The notes beneath the pieces were generated by a model that did no database searches, was not told the origin of the DNA, and was given only the letters and a program-made list of their open reading frames with translations. The position numbers and the translations under genes were made by a program. 64,000 bases of DNA from Raillietiella orientalis (lineage: Eukaryota): assembly GCA_036172245.1 (NCBI GenBank), contig JAYWIR010000049.1:992001-1056000 (forward strand), written 5' to 3'. Below are positions 15,701-26,999 of this stretch, in pieces; position 1 is the first letter of the stretch; the number at the start of each line of letters is the position of its first letter.

Positions 15701-18700
15701 TACCCTGCCGGGAACCAGTACCAGGAGGCGCTCCCGGATCGTCTCGAGCAAGCCCTCAGCAGCAGTTCGGACGAGTCCCGAAGCAGTCTGGGCAAATGTG
15801 GGGAATCTCCGGGATCCGCCCTCCCGGAAATGACGCTCCGACGAAGGGAAGGAGCGAATATCAACCCTCAACCCTCATCCCTCCCTTTCCCCTCGCACCC
15901 CAGAACCTCTGGCATGGGGTAGGAAGGCAGGCGGCCGCCTGCCCCTTGCGTGACTCGGGATATGCGGAAAAGAGGGAGAATGAAGGAACGGGGGAGGTCA
16001 CGCACCCCCGCGCGCGCGAGAGCGAACGAAGGAAGAGTCGGAGGAGTGGATGGCGGCGCGCCCTCCAGCACCCGCAGGAAGGGTCGGAGGGGGGGTGGGA
16101 GGAGATGAAGCGCCCGATCTCGTTTAACCCCCTCCATCACCAGAAAAAGGGACGAAACGCCTGACCCTCCTGCCCGCACCGGGACCTCCCCTCTGACGCA
16201 GCACACCTGCGCGCGAAGGCCAGTGGGGCGCTCTGCGGTCTCGTCCGTCCCTGCTCGCCCCTTCTTCAAAGGCCACCGAGGAGTGCGCCTGGGTCTCTTT
16301 TGACCTTCTCCCTTCCGGGCCAACGAAAACGCTTCTCTCACTCACGAGTCCAGGTGCACGCAAGCTTCTCCCTCCCGTCAAAGCCCGCGAAGGAGTCGCG
16401 CGTCGTTCCGTGACGTCCGTCGCACCCGGGTCTACCCCGCAGGCTCCGTTCCCGCCGGGTGGCTACGCGACATCCGTGTGCCAGATGATCCTTTGTAAGG
16501 AGACAGAGGCTACAAAGGGCAAGCGACAAGGCTTGCCCTTTGTAGGGAGAGCAAGCCTCGTCGCTTGCCCTCTTTCACTCCTGATTCCCTGGGGCTGCCT
16601 GAGACCACGCAATGGGGCGTGATTCTGTCATGACACACGGAGGATCCCGGTGCAAAGGGGTCGGAGGTCACCCCTAGCCGGGACCGCCGCCTCCCGGTCA
16701 CCCCCCTCTGCGTCCTCTCCCTACTCTCTTTGCGGGTCCCTCGATGCTGTATCGGAAGAAGGGAGGGAAGCGCCGAGGAGGGACCGCCGGCGCGCGTCTC
16801 TTCATTCCCGGCAACGGCGTTCTCTGGCACAGCCACCCATTCACGCCCGCGTTCCTCCTCCCCGCATGGCTCTTGAGTGAAGAGAGGTGCGTGCGATTCC
16901 CGCGGACTGATGGCGCTGTAGGCATCTACCGGGAGACGGACCAGTGACAGTCTCCGGGAGAAAGGAAGAAGGAGGGAGGGAGAACCTCCCTGTTCCCTCG
17001 TCCAGGAATATTCCAGGATTTCCTGCCTGCGGAGGGGGAGACTGCTCTACCGGTGCTGCGGAAGGCAAAGATTGCAATCCCCGAGAAAGGGCTCCCTCCT
17101 TCCGCATCAGTGCTGCCCCTGTGGAAGAACTCGCTGGGGAAAGGGGGGCAGCGCGTGGACACGCGCTCTGTTGAAGACCTTCCTGGTTCAAGAGGGCCGA
17201 TACGAAAGGAGAGGTTTCCAGGGGGCAGGAGTCGTGAAGTTCAGAGAATGAGGCGAAGTTAGGGGCTGTCCTGCCCCCTTCCCCTCTCTGCCACCACGCC
17301 CGTTCTCTCTTTCCTATCTACCGGGGGGTGAGAGGAGGGTGAGCACGCGAGTGAGCCCCACCCCATTAGGTTTCCTCCACCCTCCTCGTCGCCCCTCCCG
17401 GAACACCGTTCGGAGAACGCTCCGCGCACTCCCATGCTCGTCTCCTTGCATGAAACCTCTTTCCTGAAACCCCTCTCCATGCGCGTGTCCCGTTCCGCGC
17501 GCCCCCTCGCGTCGCAGAGGGTGCGGAGCTCTCCGGGGACCCTGCAGTGGAAGGAAGGAGTCGGGGCGTGCTGGGCTTCGTGTCTCGCCGAGCCCCTAGA
17601 GACGCATCGATCCAACGCCCCAACGATAGGCGGCAGCCTCGGCGGTGGCGTCCCTGGCAACCACTTGTTGGCGGATCGAACAGGCCATCGCCGCACGCGC
17701 TCCACAGTCCTCCACCGCGCTCTCCGTGGCAGCGGCCAAAGCGCGGGGATCTCCAGGCTGTCAACTAGGATGACCGGAAAGGTGTCTCCAGCAGGGTAGG
17801 GGTCAGGGAGCAGGAAGGAGGGGGGAACCCATCTCCCTCGCTATTCCCCCGTGTCCTGTACGCAAGGCGTGCAACGCAAACCTGACGAAGTGCACCCGCA
17901 CGAAGAGCTGTGCTGCGTGACGCCCGTGCGCTTCTTTTTGGCGTGGACACGCTGCAAACGCGCAGTGTGCTGCTGCGACATATTGTGTGCAATGATGTAC
18001 GAGTTGCACAACCCGCGTGAGCGAGGTGAGATGGACGGAACTGACCGCCATGGAGAACTGCTTGGGCTGTACATATACTGAAATTGGAGAACTGCAAGAG
18101 GCATAGGAAGAGGGCAACTGGAGGGTGTGGTCCACCGGTCCTGAAGGAGAGCGTATCCGTCTTCCTGGAGATGTCCCGCTTAGCTCCGGGAGAGCTGCCG
18201 CGGGGGAAATCCCCTATGAAGCAGGCGGGAGAAGAGGAGGAGGAAGAAATTTCTTCAGCCGTCTCCCAAGAGAGCCCAGAGAGGTGTCTCCCGGGAGACG
18301 GAAGCGAAAGGGGAGGGGGGGTAAGAGTCTCGGCACTGTTCCACGGACGGACAGTAGGAGTTGGAGAGGGCGAAGGCTGTGAGGCCCCGACCGCCCTGCG
18401 GGTGTCCGGGCGAGAGGGAGGAGAGGGACGCCTTTCGCCACCGGCCGTGTCCCCTTTCTCCACCGGGGCGTGAAGATTAAACTCAGAGATAGGCGCATGA
18501 GGGTCGGTCGGCCTCCCGGAGGTGTGTCGGGAGCGGTAACGCGGACGGGTGGCGAAGGAAAGGGAAACGGAGCCAGCTGCAAGCGACAGATCGCGCAGGA
18601 AACGCCCCTGCGCAGGCCAGCAACGAATGCGCCAATGCATCGTGAAGCCAGCATTCCCCTTCCCCTCCTCCTGTTCCTCCTTTCGCCTTCGATCGTCCTC

Positions 18701-20762
18701 TCCAGGAATCTGTGCGCTCATGAGGATGGCCGAGAGGGGTCTCGGCGACCGAGACGCGCCACTAATCTGGCCCCATGAGAGGACCTCCTGTAGACGAGGT
18801 GACGGGTCCTTCATGGGGTAGTCCCTGGGTCTCTGCTCTTCCCCTTTGGGCTTTCGCATGTCTACGCGCGGAGGCCGGGGAGGGCGATCTCCTCGGCCGC
18901 CCATGGAGGCGCTCCCTGGGCGCTCCGCGCTGTGAGAAGGGACGGCGACCTCCTACCCACCCTCCAGCATCGGGACTGTCACAAACGCCTCCTCCCTGCC
19001 CGTCTGTCTCCCTCATCTCAATCCTCCGGACCTCCTTGTTCTCACGGTCACCAGACAGCCGGCACCGGAAACTCCTGGGGACTCTTTATCCCTCCCTTGA
19101 CCGGGAGGAGCGACGCTCCTGGGAGACAAGGATCCGTCCCGCGGAATAAAGGAAGCGGTAAAGGGAGATGAGGAAGTGCTCCACCCTCACCCCTGCGTGC
19201 CACCCCTGCGTTCGAAGCAGGAAGCGGTCCAGCAATCAGCATCCAGAAGAACTGAGGAAGGGGAGGGAGTGAGCAGTCCCCTGCCCTTCTCCTGGAGTTT
19301 GGGAACCGCGTGCCAAAGACGCTACCGGGGGGAAGGCAAAAGAGAGAGACCGATAGCTCAACAGAGTGGCGGGATCAATGTTTCACAGGAGAAAGAGGGG
19401 AACAGAGGAAAGAGCAGTCTCTTTCCTCCAACGCTTACCCTATGGAAATATCCCCAGGAAAGAGCGAGGAAGCCTCCGGTAACGCCCCACTCTTCTTCGG
19501 CGTTCACCGGATGCGGGGGTGGAGTAAACTATCTCCGATGCGCGAGCGAGACTGACTAACTCGTCCCCCTCTCTGCAGGTGTCCTCCTCCATCCTTCCTT
19601 CCTCTAGGAAGCACTGCCGAAGTCCTCCCTCCTACCTGAGCACCCCGACGCCTCCGTCCTCGCTCCCGGTGGAGGAGGGTGGAGTCGGGGGGGTGTCTCT
19701 GAGGACGATCCCGCGCCAACTGCCTGTCCACGTCTAGGAGAACGCCCCAGCGTCCGGGTGTGGAGACTCATCCCCGTCCTTCCTTTCCGTCCCTTCCAAA
19801 ACGGGGGAGAACTGAAAGAGGAAGAAGAAATGGCAAGTGGCCGCTAGCACACTCCCATTTCGCTTCTTCATTCCTTCTGGAGGCCGACCGAGGGTCGATG
19901 AACTTCCTGATGGTTGCAGCCCCCCATACGACCCTCTCCCCCAAAGGCAGTCACGGGATCGACCCTCTTTCCTTTCTCCTTATAACCCCATCGGCTTCTC
20001 TACCCCCTCTCTCTAGAAGGGAGATGCAAACCCGAGAGCACGGCGAGAGGGGAACGACCCCACTCGCCTCTTGGTGACGGAGGGTAGGAAAGGATTTTTC
20101 TCGTGGAAGCCTTTTCTCCGAGGTAGGGGGCTTCGGAGCTGATAGTTCCGGAAGGACGCTCGCAGCGTAGTTGAGGACTCCCGTCGTTTCCCGTTGGCGA
20201 ATGCCGGGTGCAGAGTTCCCCTTGGATACAGCGCCGCATCCGGCACGCACGGAGCGACAAGGAGAGGGGGGAGAGTGGGAATGTTCCCTGGCTCCACAGG
20301 GGGCCGAAAGTTTCCTTTTCTTCGCTCGCGAGAGACCCTGGCCCTCCCTCTCTTCCCCGCCCACCCTGGAAGTTCGTCACCAGCGGAAACAGACCCTCCA
20401 GCTCCAGCAGCAGGATACTCCGTTCCTTCCACGTGCTGCCCGCACCCTGCCGACGTCGTTCGGGCTCACCCCTCCCTCCCATTTCCCTTGCCATCAACCT
20501 TCCTCCCCACCCTTTCAGAGGGAGCTGCAGCTGACTTTCCTAAGGAAAGGACCGAGGAGATCCGCGTCCTCCTCTCCCTCCTCCTCCTACACACGAAAAT
20601 GAGCAGTTTGCACCGACACCGGAAGATCCAGCAAAGAAGGCAGCTGAGGAATGAGGAGCGTGGTCCTCCTACCCCTTCCCCATCTTTCGACATCCATAGG
20701 AAGCGAGTAGTGACCACTGGTAGGTCTCCCTCCAGAGGCCCCGCTCTCCTTTCGCCCGTCGG

Positions 20763-20822
20763 CCAATCTTTCCGGCGCGCCGGACAACGGAAAGGGAAAG
20801 TCTCCAGGTCCGCCTATAAAAA
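20763..20822 (+). promoter_or_regulatory. CCAAT box (20763-20767) and TATA box (20815-20822) of the His-rich gene
   Basis: ggCCAATc and cTATAAAAAg lie about 145 and 90 nt upstream of the ATG at 20909. Confidence 0.7.
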
Positions 20823-20908
20823 GAGCACGCTGGCCATCCGCTGCCCCAGCAGCAGACCCGCGCGGATCGGCAGCCTCTCCCGCCACGCTCAGGCTAGACG
20901 CGAGCAGC

Positions 20909-21979
20909 ATGAGGTACGCAACCACCACCTCCCGTCGTTTACTGCACCCCCTTCCATTCGCGGCTCTTGGAGGGGGGAGCAGGGGAGAGGTGGGGAGGTG
21001 GGGCTGGAGGTCGCCCCCTTCCGCGACCTCGGCCTCCTCTCCCTGCCGGATTCACCTCGGAGAAGCGGGGAATTTCCGAAACATCCGCGCAAAAGGAGGA
21101 AGGGTGTGGAGGAGATAGGTAGGGGAGAGAAGGACTGCTCGCCCTCTTCCGTGTCTCCTGAAGCGGGAGAGAACGAGGAGGAAGGAGGGGAAAAGGGAAA
21201 AAATCCCAGATGTAGGGAGATGATTCCCCTTCCCCCTCCTCTCTTCTTCCCCGTGCTCTTATGGCTGCGGGTCCCAATCCCTACCACGTTTCCTTTCCTT
21301 CTTGCAGCAGCACCGCCCTCGCCTTGCTGGTTCTGTCCGCGGTATGCGGCAGCATGTGGGAGACAGTGACGGCGACCGAGGATGCTGGAGGCGCCAACGG
21401 CACCGCGGCGACCGGCAGTTTGGTGCGCAAACCGAGAGGCTATGACGACTATCATTACGTGAGTAGGGGACAAGGAAGGGGGTTGGGGCTGCGAGGGGAG
21501 GGTTTGATCAGACACCCGGAGACTCCTCCCACGTCTTCCAGAACTACCATCCTCATCACTATGGCCACTATGACCAGAAACATCACCAGATGTACCATCA
21601 CGGCAACCACCACCATGGTCACCACAACAAACATCACCAGGACCATTACCACCAGGACCATTACAAGCGGAACCACCACCACGACAACCATCACTACCAG
21701 AACAACCACCACAACCACCATCGGTACCACCAGCAAAGATACCATCACCAAGGTTACGACCACAAGGGATACAACCACTACGGCGACGACGGCTACGGGC
21801 AGGAAGGGTACGGTCATGGTTCCCGAGGCTACGGATCGCACGGCTACGGGTCTCATGGCCACGGGTCCCACGGTCATGGGTCACGTGGCTACGGAGGACA
21901 AGGGTACTCCGGGTACGGCCACGACGGGTACGGCCATGGAGGGCACAGCGGCCACGGAGGGTATGGTGGCTACTATTAG
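20909..21979 (+). CDS. Secreted His/Gly/Tyr-rich low-complexity protein, ~197 aa. Exons: 20909-20913, 21308-21458, 21542-21979
   Basis: Splice sites ATG AG|gtacgc, cttgcag|, tac|gtgagt and cttccag| give consistent phases. The product MSSTALALLVLSAVCGSMWETVTA (signal-peptide-like)...RKPR-GYDDYHYNYHPHHYGH...HHGNHHHGHH...GYGSHGHGSHG...GGYGGYY* follows. TATA upstream and AATAAA at 22136-22141. The tandem CAGCAG acceptor allows +/-1 Ser. Confidence 0.85.
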
Positions 21980-24049
21980 TTGCTCGCCTCCTACTTGGAG
22001 CGTTACCATGGAGAGAGTCGTTTTTCTTTTTTTTTTCCCCTCTGTTTTTTTCGTGATGCCCACGTCTTTCATATTGCGGACCTTTTTCTAACTCTCCTGG
22101 AGACGGAGAGCAGCATCCTGTGGGAAACGATGGCGAATAAAAACGGAAAGGGGCAGCGGCATCTGCACAAATCTTTGGTGTTTCTCTGGAATCGCAGGAA
22201 CGGGGCGGGAAAAGGAGAGGAAGAGAAGGGAGAAGAGCGCTTCTCCCGCAGAGGATGCTTGATGTGCCAGGAGCTCTTGTTTGCGGCACCGCCCCTTCCT
22301 CCTCCTCCCCGTAGGATGGGACGCAGAGTCCAGGAACGGGTATATTTGCGGTGGGGCGAGAGCAGCACTGAGAAGGAGGAAGTGAGAGTCGGCCGAAAGG
22401 CTATAGCAGTCCCTCGAAGTACCTCTTTCTCTGTCAGCTGGCTAGGAGGCAGTCGGCGCCATGCTGTCTTACTGCGAGAACGGCGGTGGTGGCTGAGTCC
22501 CGCCGTTGGCGAAACAAGCCCTCGTAAACGGGCGACCTGGACCAGGAAACCATCGGCGCCTAGAGTCACTCCTCATTCGGTCGCCAGTAGTCCAGCTGCC
22601 TCTGAGGCAACTCGGCGTCAACTGCCATGTCGAGTGGAGGGAGAGTCGAGACCAGAAGGAGATTTCCAGGGAGCTCCGTCACCTTGGATTGAGGTTCCTT
22701 TCGCGCGTCTGGACCGAGAAGCGGAGCTGCGCCGTAAGGGCGAACGTGCAAAGGTAGTCATGGAGCCCTCCGATGTTGCTTCTAGAGAGAAAGAAGAGAG
22801 TAAAGGTGAATCGTCATGGGACAAAACAGGAAGATCTCTCTAGCCATGGGTTCTCTTCATGGAATCTTTGCACATTGCCTTTGTTTCGTTTCCGCTAAAA
22901 CCCTGGAGGTCCTGAAGCGGTCGCTGGCGATGAAAACTCTGGCGAGGAAGGAGGAAGGCACCTCAAGGATGTGTCTGCGCACTTGTCGGGAGAAACTTGT
23001 CTTCCCCCTTGTTGTCTTTCCTCCCCGGATACTTCCGAATCCGTCCTCTCCTTACAGCTTCCCTTCTCCCTTTGCTTAGATGAAATCCGTGCACGCTCAT
23101 ACTTTCCCGCTAGTACTTGGGTTCGTTAGGGAAGCGTCCGCGCCTATGAGAGCACCACAGGAGTCAGGAGGAAAAGGACAAAAGGTGGCACTTTCATCAC
23201 GTCTCGCCTTAGCTGTCACTTCTCCGGGAAGCGCTGCAGACCCTGCACGGGACTTGGCTGATTTGATCCCTCGTGTCCGGTAAAATGAGGACTGGATGCA
23301 ACGCTCGCGCATCTCCTCGTCGGAAAATTCTCCCGGGATGAATGAGGACGGCCGTCACCGGCTCCCACACGACCAGTGAGGTCATCGCAGTCTGAGCATG
23401 GTCCTCTCGCGGCAGAGATGCCATCAAAGCTGTGCAAGAGGTTCGCACTGTTTAAGCTAGCGGTGGTGGTTTTCGCCTGCTTCTAGATGTTCTTGTTGGC
23501 CACCTTTATCCAAATCTTCGTTCACCTTGCTAGGCTGCGAGACCAGAGCCTTTGAGGCGCACGCTTGCCACTCTTTGAGAACAAGATGATGGTGCGGTCC
23601 TCAGAAATTCCAGGATAGGGGAAAGTCCGAGTCGTTGTATGGAGAGGATACATTAGTTGGTATTTCCGGACTCCAGCAGCACCGTGCTAGAGATGGAATT
23701 AGATGTAGCTGGATGGGAAGAAACTCGCCTTTCGCAACCGACAACTGCAGAGAGACGATCGTTGGCTCGAAAAAATTGCGATCTGCTAACTCATTGGGCT
23801 GCTCGTCCGATGGTCGAGACCAGCCATGGGGAACCTCTCTGTCGCAACAGACGTGTACGTTCAAGCAATGTGCTGCGGGCCACAGTCTTGTACACAGCCA
23901 ATGCCAATTTCTTAACTTTGGGATTTCTTTATTTGATTCTTTCTTTTTTTGGCTTTGCATGAGTGCCCTCTGAGCTCACCGGTCCCACTATCCGTTTCGT
24001 TAGCTTTCTCCAGTTGTCAGTGCTGAGGATAGGCTCAAAGAAAAACGAG

Positions 24050-26520
24050 AAAAAGAGAGAAAAGTCAGTTTCTTTTACGAAACGACGATCATATCCATGA
24101 AACCTGGAGCAAAACTACAGAGGGGAGATGCAAAGAGATTGGATCTCTTTAGAAAACCTGACTAATCAGTTATTTTTCAGCTGGATCGAATGTTCAGACC
24201 CACTGCATCTTGCTGCACGCAACCCATTTGCTCCAAGTAAATTAAAAACATTGTCCACGAATCATTTTTCGTCTTTTCCAGATCTGTGAAAATGCATGAT
24301 CAAATACAATAAGGAACCACTTAAAGTCATTACATGTGCAACACATATATTGGCTGCATTTATGAACTTCCCGGTAGTGTGCATGCCAACACACCTAATC
24401 AAACAAACAAACAAAATGGTATCAAATATCGATTCCTCTTCACTGATCGTTTGCAATAGGTGATCAGAAGGCATTCATTGAGATTCCTGCATTTGCTTCT
24501 CCTGTGCTCGTCTGTATCAGGGCGGGATTGCGAATCTGCAAGGCGGAGTTTTCTGAGAAGATTTTTCATGCACGAGCCGAGACACTTATCTTTACATTTT
24601 ACAGCGGTCATTCGTGAGAGAAAGTGCTTGCAGTGATGCCGTTCCTAACAGCATATCCAAGACAAGTCATTTCCTAAAAACGGGAAAAGGAAGAAAAAAG
24701 GATCTGTCCACTAAAACACGCAGATCTTACGAAATCCCGTTAGTGCAGCTGGACTGAACTCGATCCGGGGTGAAATCCCAGCTTGCACACCAATCAACCC
24801 GAACATTCCAAGGAGGTACTCCTGACTGTATCAAGCATGTAGTAGCAAATCATTCCAGTTCCCGCATAATCCCCATTCGTACTCCAAACGCGCTTTCCGA
24901 TCCTTCTCCTCGAAACTTTTGACGTTCCTTTCTACATCTCAAACCAAATGGCGAACTCCTTGATGGTGGTGTGACGATATCTTCGCTTCCACAGGCTTGT
25001 TTGGAAGACAGGGATGTTCCAATAGAGCGAGTTGATTAACTATTTAGCTCTCTGAAGTCTGCTGTCCAGTGCTCTTAAATGGGCAGTTATCATTGAGAAA
25101 TTCGAGTTTACAAAGCCAAGCTCTTCAGCAGAGAGGAAGTTTCTTCTTCAGTAATGCTACAAGATGTCCCGAATGTTGATGGAGTTATTGATCTCTAGCT
25201 ACACCCATATTTTTATTTGTTTTCATTTGGCAAGTTGAGTTTTGGTAACGCCAACTCAGCTTCCTCGAGTAATTCATTTTCGAAACCGGGTTACGGTTCG
25301 TATCAACGTAAGAACTCTTCTTTGGATTCCAGGAACTCTTTGCCATGTTATGTTTTCTTCACCACCTAACATGGGAGAGATGCAGAAGATACATTATGCC
25401 TTTAATTCACATGAAAAATAGCTCAGACTGACGAAATTTGAGACCACATTGTTTTTTATCAAGTTTACACCATGCGTTGCCACAGATGTTACTGCATTCA
25501 TGGTTCAGCACTGGTAGAAAACCAAACTTGAAAAGTCTCCTGTTTCAGGACAGTAAACCAGAGTTTCTCCTTCAGTAATGCTACAAGATGTCCCGAATGT
25601 TGATGGAGCTTTATCTCTACTTACACCCATATTTTTATTTTTTTTTTTATTTGGCAAGTTGAGTTTTGGTAACACCAACTCAGCTTCCTCGAATAAGTCC
25701 TTTCCAATGGCAACCCACTCAAGTCAATCTTCAAAAATATTAATTTCTGTGTTTATTCTCCTCATCAAAATGCGCTACTGAGATGACGTATTTGTGATCT
25801 CAGTTGTTTCACCAGCTGTCAAAATGGAGAGATGAAATTTCTGCATTTCTCAAACGCACAGTCGATCTGATCGGTTCCCATTCAGATACAACTCTGCGAT
25901 CGACCCTCTCCTGACTCAAGAGCTCAGCAACTGCTGAAAAGCACTCCCTGACAAACTCTTCCTGTGAGTGCGTTCTAAGGTGCTCGGCCATCAGCCCACT
26001 GATGGCGCATCTTTGACCAACGACCGGCATCGTGATTTTTAATACGAGGTGGTTTTGTTGCTAGAATTCCAGAGTTTGTCTCAAATTCACACGGTTTTCT
26101 ATTTAGAGCTTCCCCGGTGATGTCATCGAACTCTTTGCGCTTTGTGTTAAAATACGAACTCTGCCGTGCTGCATCCTTCCACAGACGGAACAGATCCACG
26201 GCAAGTCGGACGTAAAATTTTCTCCATTACTGTCAGTCAGGAGGAAAACCGAGACCGAGCAGAATTAAACTCCCGGTACTCATCGCACCAATTTCTTCCC
26301 GTTACTCATAGATATTATGGGAGGGACCATTTACACAGACTGGAAACATTGTATCGGAAAACCAGAAAAGACAAATCTTCAATGAACAAAGTGAACGAGG
26401 TTCTTACGCAAACCTTTGCATTTACGGCTCCCCCCAAAACCTGCATCCTGTGCAATTCCCCTTCGTCTAACAGGAAGCCATCAACCATGAATCTCTATTG
26501 TTCACTTTTAGATGCGTGAA
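24050..26520 (-). mobile_element. Decayed hAT (SPIN/Charlie, GTF2IRD2-like) transposase pseudogene
   Basis: Degenerate motifs: SYFNTKRKEFDDITGEA (RHY.TKH..F....GE-like), LMAEHLRTHSQEEFVRECFSAVAELL (IAK..KPF..GEFVKECL..VAE.L-like), RSTVRLR, GVSRDKAPST (GVTTDGAPAM-like), HTTGKFI (TTGEDI-like). Many stops, and the order is partly rearranged. Confidence 0.6.
25138..25695 (+). repeat. ~135-bp imperfect direct repeat (25138-25272 and 25562-25695)
   Basis: Both copies read ttcagtaatgctacaagatgtcccgaatgttgatggag...tacacccatatttttattt...atttggcaagttgagttttggtaac(g/a)ccaactcagcttcctcga. Confidence 0.92.
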
Positions 26521-26999
26521 GTAATGGGTCTTCTATCAGCGAAAGGGTTAATTGCAGTTTCAAAAAAAACCCTTGAGGGCTCACAAAGGATCCCAGGTTC
26601 TCTCTGGCTTTGATGGGACCTGGTGCTGCGATGCTGGTCCAAGAATTTTGCTTTGCTAAAGTACGCACTGTTTGGTGTACGCATATAAATACCGCGTACG
26701 TATCTGCCCCATCTCAGAAGGGCTGCCTGCCTTTGAGCCTATCTTACAATGCCTTACGCTCTTTCTTCTTCCTGCTTCCTCCTGAAGCTTGCTATCCATC
26801 TGCACACTCGCCTCTTGCGTTCTATGCTTTTCAAAGACCAAGAGGAAGATTTCACCTCTTGCTCCGGTTTCTAAGCAGAGAAATCTGTTCAAATCTGTAC
26901 ACAAGCGACAAGCAAACAAGTGAGCGATAGGCGACATCTTTCTTCAAAACTGCAAAGCAGCGGAAGTTCGCCAACCGCTCGTCGAGCACGGAATAGAGG

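Noticed and set aside
17850..18110. Cys-rich frame with in-frame TGAs (selenoprotein or readthrough idea)
   Set aside because: No SECIS-like structure or family similarity seen; more plausibly a decayed gypsy RNase H fragment.
20194..22289. Long ORFs 20194-21369 (+), 20889-22289 (-) and the Val-rich 21455-21877 (-)
   Set aside because: GC-rich or antisense by-products overlapping the promoter and exons of the His-rich gene.
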